Origin: Stegostoma tigrinum
Taxonomy: Eukaryota
Assembly: GCF_030684315.1 (NCBI RefSeq)
Contig: NC_081373.1
Span: 32,589,989-32,653,988, forward strand
Reading direction: 5' to 3'
DNA length: 64,000 nt
Shown: one piece after another, positions 51,749 to 63,095 of the stretch
How the letters are laid out: every line of letters begins with the position of its first letter
How positions within the stretch are numbered: position 1 is the first letter of the stretch
Notes under the pieces: generated by a model
Told to the model about the DNA's origin: nothing
The model's input: only the letters and a program-made list of their open reading frames with translations
The model's database searches: none
Made by a program: the position numbers and the translations under genes

Positions 51749-52159
51749 CGCGTGCACCAGGGTTGTTTATTGTTGTTACTGAAAAGACGCTACTTTGAAT
51801 TTTAATTTTGATTGTTCTGTTGAACAGGAAAGTTGCCTTGTACGCATTCAGATTTTGTATTTTCTGTGGATACTGGGTGGTTCTTTTCAACGTATTGTGG
51901 AGGGTGGGGTTATGGTAGTCTATTTTAATGTTGGCAGTAGTGTTGCAGATTTGCATTTACTCTCATGCAATCAGCAATTTCTTGAATAATGATCTTCCTA
52001 TGTCTTTCTTGTTATCCATCTGTCCTGTCCCTTACGTTGGCTGATGATAACCATGTGTTGCATTTATGCAATGATATTTTGCATCCCCTTGTACTGTGAA
52101 TTCTGGTTTGTGTGGCCCTTCTGTTTCCTGTGGTGTTGGTCGTCATGTGCATCCTCCAG

Positions 52160-52302
52160 GCTAGCATTGGATGACGCCATTCGACACAAGCAGCTGAACA
52201 TATCATCCCGTTTTTCATCCAGGGTGGCAGGGGAGAATGACTTCCTTCAGACTGTGATAAATAAAGTAATTGCTGCCAAGGAAGTAAACCACAAGGGTCA
52301 AG
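52160..52302 (+). CDS. DOCK1: DOCK1 coding exon (approx. exon 12), 143 nt long form; 80 nt short form from 52223
   Basis: ctccag|G at 52160 and atccag|G at 52223 are in the same phase; donor G|gtaagt. Translates (P)LALDDAIRHKQLNISSRFSSR-VAGENDFLQTVINKVIAAKEVNHKGQ(G). Confidence 0.94.
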
Positions 52303-53550
52303 GTAAGTACTTTTTTTCTAACAAAAATTATTGAGAGAGATTAAAATAGCTTGTGAATGAAACATTGATTGAGCATTAATTAGTTTTTAGCAAAATAAAA
52401 TCTAAATGGGAAGATCACATGAAATTACTCAATTTAAAAGAGCATTTCCAGTAATACCAGTATGCAGTTTTTGCACCAGATGTTGTTTAACAGAAGTTAA
52501 GTTGCAGCTGTTTATTTTCCACTGAGTGTCACCGTTAAATGAAAATGATCAGACATATCCAAAACAAGGTGTACTTTTATTCTGGGTTGAATTTTCTTGC
52601 AGTGCATACCTGGTCACTTTCATCTTAATGCTTCACTAAAATGATTTAGAGTTCAAATCTTATGAATTTTAGTTCGAGGAAGAATAAGCAAAATTGCACT
52701 TCTAACATGTTAGAAAGATTTATGGTGAAGTATAATTTACATTCAGGAGTTTCACATGAAATGGAGGGTTGATAGTCACATTATATTTGATAATTCAGAA
52801 TGTGGAAGAAGTATACGGTATTTGATTGATATTAGGTAACTCATTATTATTTGTGGAACTAATCATTTTCACATAAAAGAGGTAAATTTCTGGCCCACCA
52901 CTGATATCTGTGCTCAAGTAGATATTCCTCAATGTGACAAATTCTGCTCACCTTAAATATTCTAGTATAATCTATTGTGATTTATATTGCTAATGTCTTG
53001 TTTGCCTTCAGAATTTGACTTGCATTAGCTGGTAAAGAAGTTGGTTTCTGTTGCTCCCCTTTTGGATTTACTTGGTTTTTAATGGACAAAGATGTTATTG
53101 CATGAACTAAGTAAGAAAATGTAATTCGATAAATTTCTATACACAGTATTGGGAAATTAACTTTGCTTACATGCAATCTATGTTCAATTTCCTTTCTGCA
53201 ATTTATTTCTAAGTTATGAGCACAAAGCTCCTCAATTCTGAAACGTAATTTATTTATGAATGTTTTGCAAGAAGGCTCTAAAGTATAATTTTATTGTATT
53301 GAGTACCTTTTCCAATTGTACAAACTCCCAATTGCTTCATTGTATTACTTAGTTAGTGGGAGTGTCCAAGTCTAATCTGTAAAGCAGTTATAAAAATGTA
53401 TATCCATTTTAGTACTGTTACTGTACTGTAAAAGAAGTAATTGTTCTGCAATTTAGGCAGCGTATACACATTTCTTCAGATGAATAACTGAAGACAAACG
53501 TGTTTTCAGTGGAAAGGCTAGAAGATAAAAATATACTTCTTTCACCTTGT

Positions 53551-53606
53551 CTCATGATAGTGACAAATATTAAACTGGTCAGTTTAATATTTGTCACTAT
53601 CATGAG
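53551..53606. repeat. Perfect 27-bp inverted repeat with 2-nt spacer
   Basis: ctcatgatagtgacaaatattaaactg-gt-cagtttaatatttgtcactatcatgag. Confidence 0.97.
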
Positions 53607-54150
53607 TCAGTTTAAACTGGTCAGTTTAATATTGAGTAATACATTTGGTGAGATTCATACATATAGGGAAGGTTTCAGGTTTAGTCATTGGCCTGTGATC
53701 ATCTGAGCAAGGATGTTCATACAGATAATACTTTTTTGTCTTGGCCTACTGAGCCCCGAAAGAAAAGAATCAATCTGCCTTTCTATTCTCAGTTGTCTCC
53801 TGCAAAGTGTGTTTGTGGGTATTGACCAAAGGCACTGATATTTTCACTGAGGATCATGTGGTCTTTAACTCCTCAAGATAGCATATTCAGAGGAAGTAGG
53901 AACGGCCGCTGCTGGAGTTAGAGATAACAGTGTGGAGCTGGAGAAACACAGCAGGCCAGACAAGTACTGAGAAAGGCAATGTGGCTGTAGTACATGGTTT
54001 GCTTCAGTATGTGGTTGAGCAATTTCAGGGCCAAAGAGAGTACCAGAGGGCTGCTGTGGGAGATCCACTGAAACCTTTCCGGATGGAGGACGATAGTCAA
54101 GGTAGTCATTCCTGGTAGAAGAGGCTTCACAGTGGGGTTATAACTCACTC

Positions 54151-54330
54151 AGAGATAGTAAGAGCTGCTGACGCTGGAGTCCGAGATAACAGTGTGGAGC
54201 TGGGGGAACACAGCAGGCCAGCGTAATTAAGATTTTCTGAAGAAGGGTCCCGACCTGAAACATCAGCTTTCCTGCTCCTCTGATGCTACCTGGCCTGCTG
54301 TGTTCCTCCAGCTCCACACTGTCTTATCTC
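54151..54330. mobile_element. Inverted-repeat PLE-derived cassette with + strand hammerhead (54237-54268); related solo fragment at about 53894-53961
   Basis: Arms gagataacagtgtggagctgggggaacacagcaggccag and ctggcctgctgtgttcctccagctccacactgtcttatctc. Core CTGAAGA-AGGGTC-cc-GACCT-GAAAC-ATC-AGCT. Confidence 0.8.
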
Positions 54331-54399
54331 AAAATACATATATTCCTTTTGAAAATAGAATTGTTGGAAATTTTTAAAATGTTCACAACAAATAATTAT

Positions 54400-57170
54400 A
54401 TTATCATGAGAATGTTCGTGCAGAAACTAAGCCAGTGCTCTGGACCTCTGGTTGAATCCCGTCACAGAAGATGGTAGAATTTGAATTCCGTAAAATATAA
54501 TCTGGAATTCGGAATCTACTGATGACAATGAAACCATTTTTAATTGTTGGAAAAACAATTGTTGGGAAATTAACTTTGCTTACATGCAATCTATGTTCAG
54601 TTTAAGCTTGGTTCACTAAGGCCCTAGGGTGGCATAGTGCTTTAGGGACCTGAGTTCGATTCCATTCTTGCTGACTGACTATCTGGAGATTGCACATTCT
54701 CCCTATCTGTGTGGGTTTCTTGTGGGTGCTGTGCTTTTCTCCCACAGTTCAAAGATACGTCGGTTGGTCAATTAGCCATGCCAAATTGCTCATAGTGTCC
54801 AGGGATGTGTAGGTTAGCGAGGTAGGTTATCTGTGGGAAATGCAGTGTTATGGAGATAGAGTGGGTGGGTTTGGGTTGATGCTCTTCAGAGGGGTGGTGT
54901 GGACTTGATGGGCCTAATAACCTGCTTCCACTCTGTACGGATTCTATGATTCTCTGGAAGGAAATCTACCATCCTCACATGGTCTGCTTGCATATGATTC
55001 CAGAGACACACCAATGTAATTGACTCTCAGATACCCTCTGAAATGGCTTAGCAATCAATTGTTACAAAGTCTCAAAAAAGAAATAAAACTGGAAGGACCC
55101 TCTGGCATCAATCTGGGCCCTGGAAATGACAACAGCCCTATTGATGCTGCACAGTCCTCTTCACCTAACATCCGTGGGTGAGTGCCAAAATTGGGAGAAC
55201 AGTCTAGTCTAGCAACAGCTTGACATTGTCATACTCATGGAATCCTAGCTGACAGGCAAATCCCCAGGTACTACTATGAGCATCCCTGGATATGTCTTCT
55301 CCCACCAGTAGGACAGACTCAGCATAGGTGAAGGCACAGTGGTATGCAGTTGGCAATTGCCCTGGGAGTCCTCAGCATTGACTTTGGACATCATAAACTG
55401 TCATGACAGTAAGCCATACGTGGGCGAGGCAACCTCCTGATTACCATGTTCTATACTTGCTTAGCTGATGAATCAGTACACCTCCATGTTGAACAATACT
55501 TTGTGGAAACACTGAGAGTGGCAAGGGCGTAAAATGCACTCTGTGGGAGACTTCTATGTCTACCACCATGAGTGACTTGGGAGATGGAATCTAAAGGACA
55601 TAATTCTAGACTGGGTCTGTGATAAGTGGTGAAGAAACCAAAAGGAGACTAAAAACATAACTAATCCTCACCAATCTGCTTAATGCACGTGCATCTGCCC
55701 ATGAAAATATTGGTAAGAGTGACTGACTACCACATAGTTATTTTGGAGATCAAGTCCCACCTTCACGGGGAATATCTTACCTTGTGTTGTGTGGCATTAT
55801 CAATATGTTAAATGGGACAGGCCTCAAACAGAGCTCCCAATTCAAGACAGGACATCAATGAGCTGCTGTGGGCCATCAACAGCAACAGAATTGTACTCTT
55901 CTTGGCTCAGCATAACCCCACTCAGCCATTTACCGTCAAATCAAAGGAGCAACCTTGGTTCAGTGGAGAATCCAGGACAAGCCAGGAGCAGCCTCAGTCA
56001 TTCCTAAAAATGAGGCTTCAACCTGATGCAGCTATCAAACAAGACCACATGCATGCCAAACAGCATAAGCAGCGAGTGATGACAGAACTAAGTGATCCCA
56101 CAACCAATGGATCCAATCTGAGCTCTGCAGTTTTGTCATATCCAATTGTGAATGGTAGTGGACAATTAAAGAACTCCCTGTAGGAGAAGGCTCCGTAAAT
56201 ATCCCCATTCTCAATAATGGAAGAGCCCTGCACCTTAGTGCAAAATGTAAGGCTGAAGCATTCACTACAATTTTCAGCCCAAAATGCCAAGTGGATGATC
56301 GATCTTGACTTTCTCCAGTGGTCCCCAACATTACAGTCTTCATCTTTTGGGCAATTCAATTCATTCCACGTAATGTCAAGAAATGGTTGGAGGCTATGGG
56401 CCCTGACAATATTCTGGCAATAGCACTGAAGATTTTTGCTGCAGAATGTGCCACACTCCTGGCTAAGATGTTCAATTACAGCTACAACACTGGCATCTCT
56501 CCAAAAATGTGGAAGGTTGCCCAGGTAAGTCCTGAACACGAAAAGCAGGACAAATCCAACCCAGTCATTCTACTGTTGATCAGTAAAATAATGGAAGGTG
56601 TCAGAGTTATGAACCAGCATTTTCTCAGCTTGGCTTGGGCTGACAACTGGTAAGTAACATTCATGCCACACAAATCCCAGGCAATGATCATTTCCATTAA
56701 GAGCCAGTCAGATCACTGCCCCCTGACATTCAATGGCAGTACCATCTTTGAAATCTCCACTATCAACATCCTGGGGGTTATCATCGACCAGAAACTTAAC
56801 TGGACTCACTGTGTACAGTGGCTACAAGAATAGGTTAAAAAGCTAGAATACTGTGGCGAGTAACTCACCATCTGACTCCCTAAAGCCTCCACCATCTAGA
56901 AAACGCAAGTCAGGAGCATGGTGGAATATTCCCCACTTGCCTGGATGATTGCAGCTCTAACAACACTCAAGAAGCTTGACACCATCCAGGATAAAACACC
57001 TTGTTTAACTGGCACCACAGCTACAAACATCCACTCCCTCCTGTACAGATGCTCAGTGGCAGCAGTGTGTATGGTTTTCAAAATGCACTGCAGACGTTCA
57101 CCCAACATCCTTAGACGACATCTTCAAAACCCACAAACACGTACGTTGGAACATCAGCACCTGCAAGTTG
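54400..57170 (+). mobile_element. Decayed, internally deleted LINE of the second family (CR1/L2/Jockey group; clade unassigned) with tRNA-like 5' head
   Basis: NIRG*VPKLGE...QQLDIVILMES (APE start, about 55167), AMGPDNIL...WKVAQVSP..KQDKSNP, then a jump to AWADNW and VRSMVEYSPLAW. The RT catalytic core is missing. Confidence 0.8.
54627..54953 (+). mobile_element. HE1-type V-SINE nested in the head of the second-family LINE
   Basis: gggacctgagttcgattcc...tggagattgcacattctccc...ggattctatgattct. Host sequence resumes at ggaaggaaatctacc. Confidence 0.8.
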
Positions 57171-57879
57171 ATTGACTGTAGAAACTGCTGTGTTCGACTG
57201 CCAATTCTCTTCACCTACCTTTTATATTAGCTGAAAAGCATAGTTGACCATTTTATGTTAACTTCAGCCATGGGCAGCTCCCAGATATGGCTAGTCCAGT
57301 TTAACTTCTTGATAGCTGTCTTAATGATGGCCTTTGGTGATATTTTTCTGAGAAGAGAAAAAAGTTTCCTCTGTTTAATTCATCAAACATTTAATGATTT
57401 TAAAGACCTCTATTAACCCACATACAGCCTACTTCTTTGATTTTTTTTTCCCCTGATGTGCATGGACCTTCTCTGTGTACTCTGGCATCTTCTTATTCTT
57501 TTTTTATATAATATTACAACCAGAACTGCTAGCACTATAAGCATAGTCTAACCCAGCTTTATCACAACTTGCCTACTTTTCAATTTTGTCCCTCTTGAAA
57601 TAAAACATAGTGCTCAGTTTGATTTCATTGTGGCCTTTGCTAACTGGTGATGTAATGTTTAATGATTTGGATCTTTTAACTAGATCTATTTCTTCCTATA
57701 GTCTACACAAACTTGCCCCTCCCAAGTAATGCGTTATCTATCTTTTGTTCCCAACAAAGTGTATTACCTCACATTTATCTGTATTGAATTCAATTTACCA
57801 ATTACCTGTCTAATCTGCAAGTTCATTCGTGCTTATTTGCATGTGCCATTCACATGTATAGCAACACCCACATCCAGTT

Positions 57880-59675
57880 TCTATAAGTACATAAAAAGAG
57901 TGGCTAAGGTAAACATTGGTCTTTTAGAGGATGAGAAGGATGATTTCATAGTGGGAAATGTGGAAATAGCTGAGGTATTGAACAGGTATTTGGTGTGGGT
58001 CTTCACAGTGGCAGTAATTGATGACGAAGAATTTATGGTAGCTGAGGACCCAGACACGATCATCATCATGGAAGGGGTATTGTTGGACCAGGTATTGGAG
58101 CTAATGGTAGATGATTCTCCTGGCCTGATGGAATGCATCCCAGAGTACTAAAAGAAATTATGGGAATAATAGCAAGTGCACTCAGTTTTTGAAAATTAGC
58201 TGGACGTTGGGGCAGTTCCAGCAGGTTGGAAAACAACAAATATGATGCCACTGTTCAAAAAAAGGACGGAGACAAAAGATGGGGAATTATAGGCTGGTTA
58301 GCTTAACCTCTGTAGGGGGGGGATAATGCTTGAACCTGTCATCAAAGAATAATAGCAAGACATCTTGATATCTAGATACCTAGATCTGCCCTATTGGGTG
58401 GATCCAGCATGGGTTCATGAAAGATAGGTCATGACTGACTAATTTGTTGGAATTCTATGAAGTCATTACGAGCACGGGGTCCCAGTAGATGCAGTGTATC
58501 TGGATTTTCGACAAGGTACCACACAAAAGGCTGCTGTATGAGATAAAGGTGCACACTGTTACAGGCAATATATTGACATGAATCGAGGCTTGGTTAACTA
58601 ATAGGAAGCAAAGAGTGGAGGTAAATGAGCATTGTTCTTGTTGGTGAACAGTGACTAGACATGAGCCTTGGGGTCAGTGGTGGGACTGCAATTGTTTATG
58701 ATTTGCATAGATGGTTTGGAGTTGGGGACCACAATGTAATGTGTCAAAGTTTTGTGGATGACACAGATGAGTGGTGGAGCAAAGTGTGCAGAGGACTCTG
58801 AAAGTTTGCCGAGGAATATAGGTAGTCTAAGTGAATGGGTGAAGGTCTGCCAGATGGAATCCGATGTTGATAAATGTGAAGTCATCCATTTTGATAGGAA
58901 TACCATAAAAGTGACTATTTCTTGAACGGTAAAAAATTGCAGCATGTTATTGTGCAAAGGGTGTTCTTGCGCATGAATTGTAGAAGGTTGGTTTGCAGAT
59001 ACAACAGGTGATTGAGAAGGCAAATGGAATTTTGTCTATCATTGCGAGAGGGATTGAGTTTAAAAGCAGGGAGATTATTTCGCAGCTGTTTAGGATGCTG
59101 ATGAGGCCACACCTGAACTACTGTGTGCGGTTTTGGTGTCCTTACTTGAGAAAGGATGTAGTGGCACTCGTGGGAGTGCAGAGGAGATTCGCTAGGTTAA
59201 TTCCAGAATTAAGAGGGTTGGTTTATGAGGAGAGGCTGGTTAGACTGGAATTATATTCCTTGGAATTTAGAAGAATGAGGGGGGGAATCTTATCGAAACA
59301 TATAAAATTATGAAGGGAATAGATAAGATACAAGCAAGGAGGTTGTTTCCGCTGACTGGTGAAACTCGAACAAGAGGGCATAGCCTCAAAATTAGGGGGA
59401 CCATATTTAGGACTGAATTGAGGAGGAACTTATTCATCCAAAGTCTTGTGAATCTGTGGAATTCCCTGCCCAGTGAAGTAGTTAAGGCTTTCTCATTGAA
59501 TATTTTTAAAGCTAAGATATATAAATTTTTGAATAGTAAAGGAATTTAAGGGTTACGGTGAGATGGTATGTGGAACTGAGGCCATGAAAAGACCAGCCAT
59601 GATCTTATTGAATAGAGGAAGAGACTCAAAGGGTCAGAAGGCCTACTCATGCTCCTGGTTCTTGTATTCTTATGA
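57880..59675 (+). mobile_element. Decayed 1.8-kb CR1 LINE, flanked by older minus-strand CR1 remnants (about 57240-57870 and 59700-60350)
   Basis: FYKYIKRVAKVNIGLL, aattataggctggttagcttaac (NYRLVSLT), RPHLNYCVRFWCPYLRKD and TRGHSLKIRG. Many stops and frameshifts. Confidence 0.9.
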
Positions 59676-61519
59676 CACTTCTCTGCTCATGCACACTGTT
59701 TAGAATGGTAGTATTTATTTTATACTGTCTCTCCAGGTTCTATTTTTCAAATGTATCATCTTAGACTACCCACATTGCTGTTCATTTGCAGTTTATTTGC
59801 CCACTCCACCAACTTGTCAATGCCCTTTTGAAGTTGTACTGGCCTAGTAGTTTACAATGCTTCCAAGTTTTGTATCGTCTGCTGTCTTTGAAATTATTTT
59901 CTTGACATCAAGGTCTAGATTATTAAAAAATATCAGGGAAAGCGAAATTATCAATACCAGCCCCTGGGGATGTCAACTACTAACTCGCCCTCAGCCTGGA
60001 AACATTCATTAATCACTCAGCCAGTTTTGTATGTACTTCATAGCTGGTCTCCATGGTCTCTATGCTCCCTGATCTGTTAGTGGCACTGTATTAAACTGTT
60101 TTTGGACGTTTGTGTACACCAGGTCAACAGCATTACCCTTTCTGCTATCTCTTTGAAAAACTAATTGTGATTTTCTCTTAAGAAATGTGTGTTGGTTCCT
60201 CTTGATTAACCCACATTTGTTCATGTGACTGTTTAATTCTATCCTAGATTATTGTTTCTAGAAGTTCCCTAATAGCAGTGAAAAACTGACACTTCTATAA
60301 TTACTGGACTTATCACTATACTCCTGCTTGAACGAGGTTGTAATGAGTAGCCCTGTGGTACTTTAGTATTTGAGTGTTACTTCATAAAAACATTTTTGCA
60401 AAGCTTTATAACTTTCCCTCATTAGCACAATTTGAAAGAATACCATTTTCAACTTAGTTAACAAAATAGGTGACAACCATTTGCTAGTTCATTTCTCGGC
60501 AGTGTCTTAATCAAAGTCAACCTACCTTGGTTCAGATTTTCAGCAAAACTTGGTTTTTACTTCTCACTTATCATCAGCGCATTCTTCATGGCAATGCCAG
60601 TACCAGTTGGAGTCCACTTCTCAATCAGTAATCTCTTGTAGGAAAAATGTTGGTTTTCCTTTTAAATTAGTATTCTTGCAAATTTTTCTGTTGAATAAAA
60701 CCATCAACAAAATGTGTCTTTATTTCAGTAGCACTGAAGATTGCAATGATTGCAACTCTTCAGCTTTCTCATATCTCCCTTGAGTCAAAGGAAACCTAAA
60801 AATTTATGCTCAGTGCCTTGCAATTTCCACTTGCAACTTCTTCATTGCTCTTGGATGCATCTTACCTGGTTGTGGTGTTTTATCAAATGTAATTATTCAT
60901 AACTTATCCACTATCACCTCCATTTCAACTTTGAACCCTTCCGGTGGTTAAATTTCCTCCCTTTTCATTGTGGCATGGGTTGAATTAGCTGATGTGGTAA
61001 AGATAGATGCAAAGTATTACATTAATACCTCCTTAGCTCTCCCCAAGTTCATTCCGTCCTTGAATCCGCTGGGACATTCCTCTTACTCCATCACTGCAAT
61101 TCTCAGCACAGAATTATGTTCCCCTTTATATCTGTGTTGTTGGACCCAAGGTGGACCACAACATCCACCTGATCACCCTTATCCAGCTTGCATCCACATT
61201 GTGACAACCTTGACCCCAGTACCAGAGCTAACATTCATGCTGTAGTTTCTTTCAGTGGCTGCAGGGATGCTTCCTATTTCCCTAACCAATTAATCTTCTA
61301 TCATTACTGCTCTTCTGCTATTTATTTCTTCCTACTTATGCAGCTCAGTTATCCATGGGACATGGGCTTGGCCGTTACTGAACTCCCCTGAGGAATCATC
61401 GGCATCCAAGACTGAAATTGGTTTAGTGAGCAAAATTGTCTTAAGTGGCACCTTCAGTACCAGGCTGTTTATTGGGTTGTCACCCAGTTTGTATCTATCG
61501 GCCTGAATACGTGATGGTG

Positions 61520-61975
61520 GTGGAAGGAGTGCTAGAGACTCAGCAACTTGCTGACAACCATGCATGTGCAGTTTCTTCAGCGCGCTCACAGCTATCTATG
61601 GTCCATGCCCAGGACCTACTCTGCTGAGAACCAAACAACAGCTGCTCGTCAAACACAGAGGCAGTCAGCGCCTGCTTGCGTGAGCGCTTGGAAGATCTTC
61701 TCAACCAATATACAGCCTTTGCAAGTGCTCTGATCACCATCTCACAACACACTACCTGTCACTACCTCAGCACGCTTCCAATCTGCCACAAGCCAAAGAA
61801 GTCAAGAAAGGCACTCTTGACATGAACCCATGACCTTATTGTACTTGTGTGGGAGGAAGAGAGCATGCCGGAAGATTTCAGAGACATGAATTGCGGCCAT
61901 TTTCAAGAAAGGAGACAGGGATGACTGTGGAAATTACAGAGGGATTTCCTTACTATCTGCCATGGGAAAGGTTAT
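61520..61975 (+). mobile_element. RTE-clade LINE fragment
   Basis: VWEEESMPEDFRD...IFKKGDRDDCGNYRGISLLSAMGKV. NYRGISLL is typical of RTE-clade RTs. Confidence 0.7.
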
Positions 61976-61977
61976 AA

Positions 61978-62745
61978 CAGCACAAGAACTAGGAGCAGGA
62001 GTAGGCCATGAGGCCCCTCCAGCCTGCCCTGCCATTTAATAAGATCATGGCTGATCTTTTTCAGACTCAGCTCCATTTACCTGCCCACTCACCGTAACCC
62101 TTAATTCCTTTACTGTTCAAAAATTTAACTAGCCTTGCTTTAAAAACATTCAGTGAGGTGGCTTCAACCGCTTCACCGGGCAGGGAATTCCACAGATCCG
62201 CAATCATTTGGGTGAAGAAGTTCCTCCTGACCTCAGTCTTACATCTGCTTCCCTTTATTTTGAGGCGATGCCCTCTAGTCCTAGTTTCACCTGCTAGTGG
62301 ACACAGCCTCCCTACCTCCACCTTATCTATTCCCTTCATAGTCTTTATATGTTTCCATAAGATCTCCCCTCATTCTTCTGAATTCCAATGGGTATAATCC
62401 CAGTCTACTCAGTCTTTCCTCATAATCCAACGCTCCCAACTCTTGGAATCAACTGAGTGAATCTCCTCTGTGCCCCCTCCAGTGCGAGTATATCTCTTCA
62501 AGTAAGGAGGCCAAAACTGCACACAGTACTCCAAGTGTGGCCTCACCAGGATCCAATACAGCTGCAGCATAGCCTCCCTGTTTTTAAACTCCATCCCTTG
62601 AGCAATGGCAGACAAAATTCCATTTGCCTTTTTAATCACCTGCTGCTCCTGCAGTCCCGCCTTCAGTGATTCATGCGCAAGGACACCCAAGTCCCTCTGC
62701 ACAGCAGCGTACTGCAATTTTTTAACCATTTAAAACATAGTCCAT
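61978..62745 (-). mobile_element. CR1 LINE 3' part
   Basis: QRDLGVL...VRPHLEYCVQFWPPY and TRGHRLKIKG..VRRNFFTQ. Confidence 0.9.
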
Positions 62746-63095
62746 TAGACAATAGGTGCTGGAGTAGGCTATTTGGCCCTTCGAGCCAGCATCACCATTC
62801 ATTTTGATCATGGCTGATCATCCACAATCAGTATCCTGTTCCTGCCTTATCCCCATAACCCTTGATTCCACTATCTTTAAGAGCTCTATCCATCTCTTTC
62901 TTGAAAGTATCCAGAAGGTTGGCCTCCACTGCCTTCTGGGGCAGAGCATTCCATATATCCACCACTCGCTGGGTGAAGAAGTTGTTCTTCAACTCTGTTC
63001 TAAATGGCCTACCCCTTATTTTTAAACTGGTTCTGGTCTCGCCCATCAGCAGAAACACGCTTCCTGCATCCAAAGTGTCCAATCCCTTAATAATG

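Noticed and set aside
1867-52302. Assignment to DOCK2 or DOCK5
   Set aside because: Peptides such as [19 protein letters not shown] and VAGENDFLQTVINK match DOCK1 as I recall it, not the paralogues.
53418-53706. Opposite-strand ORFs sharing MIVTNIKL (also 50233-50484 and 50394-50621)
   Set aside because: Artefact of DNA palindromes.
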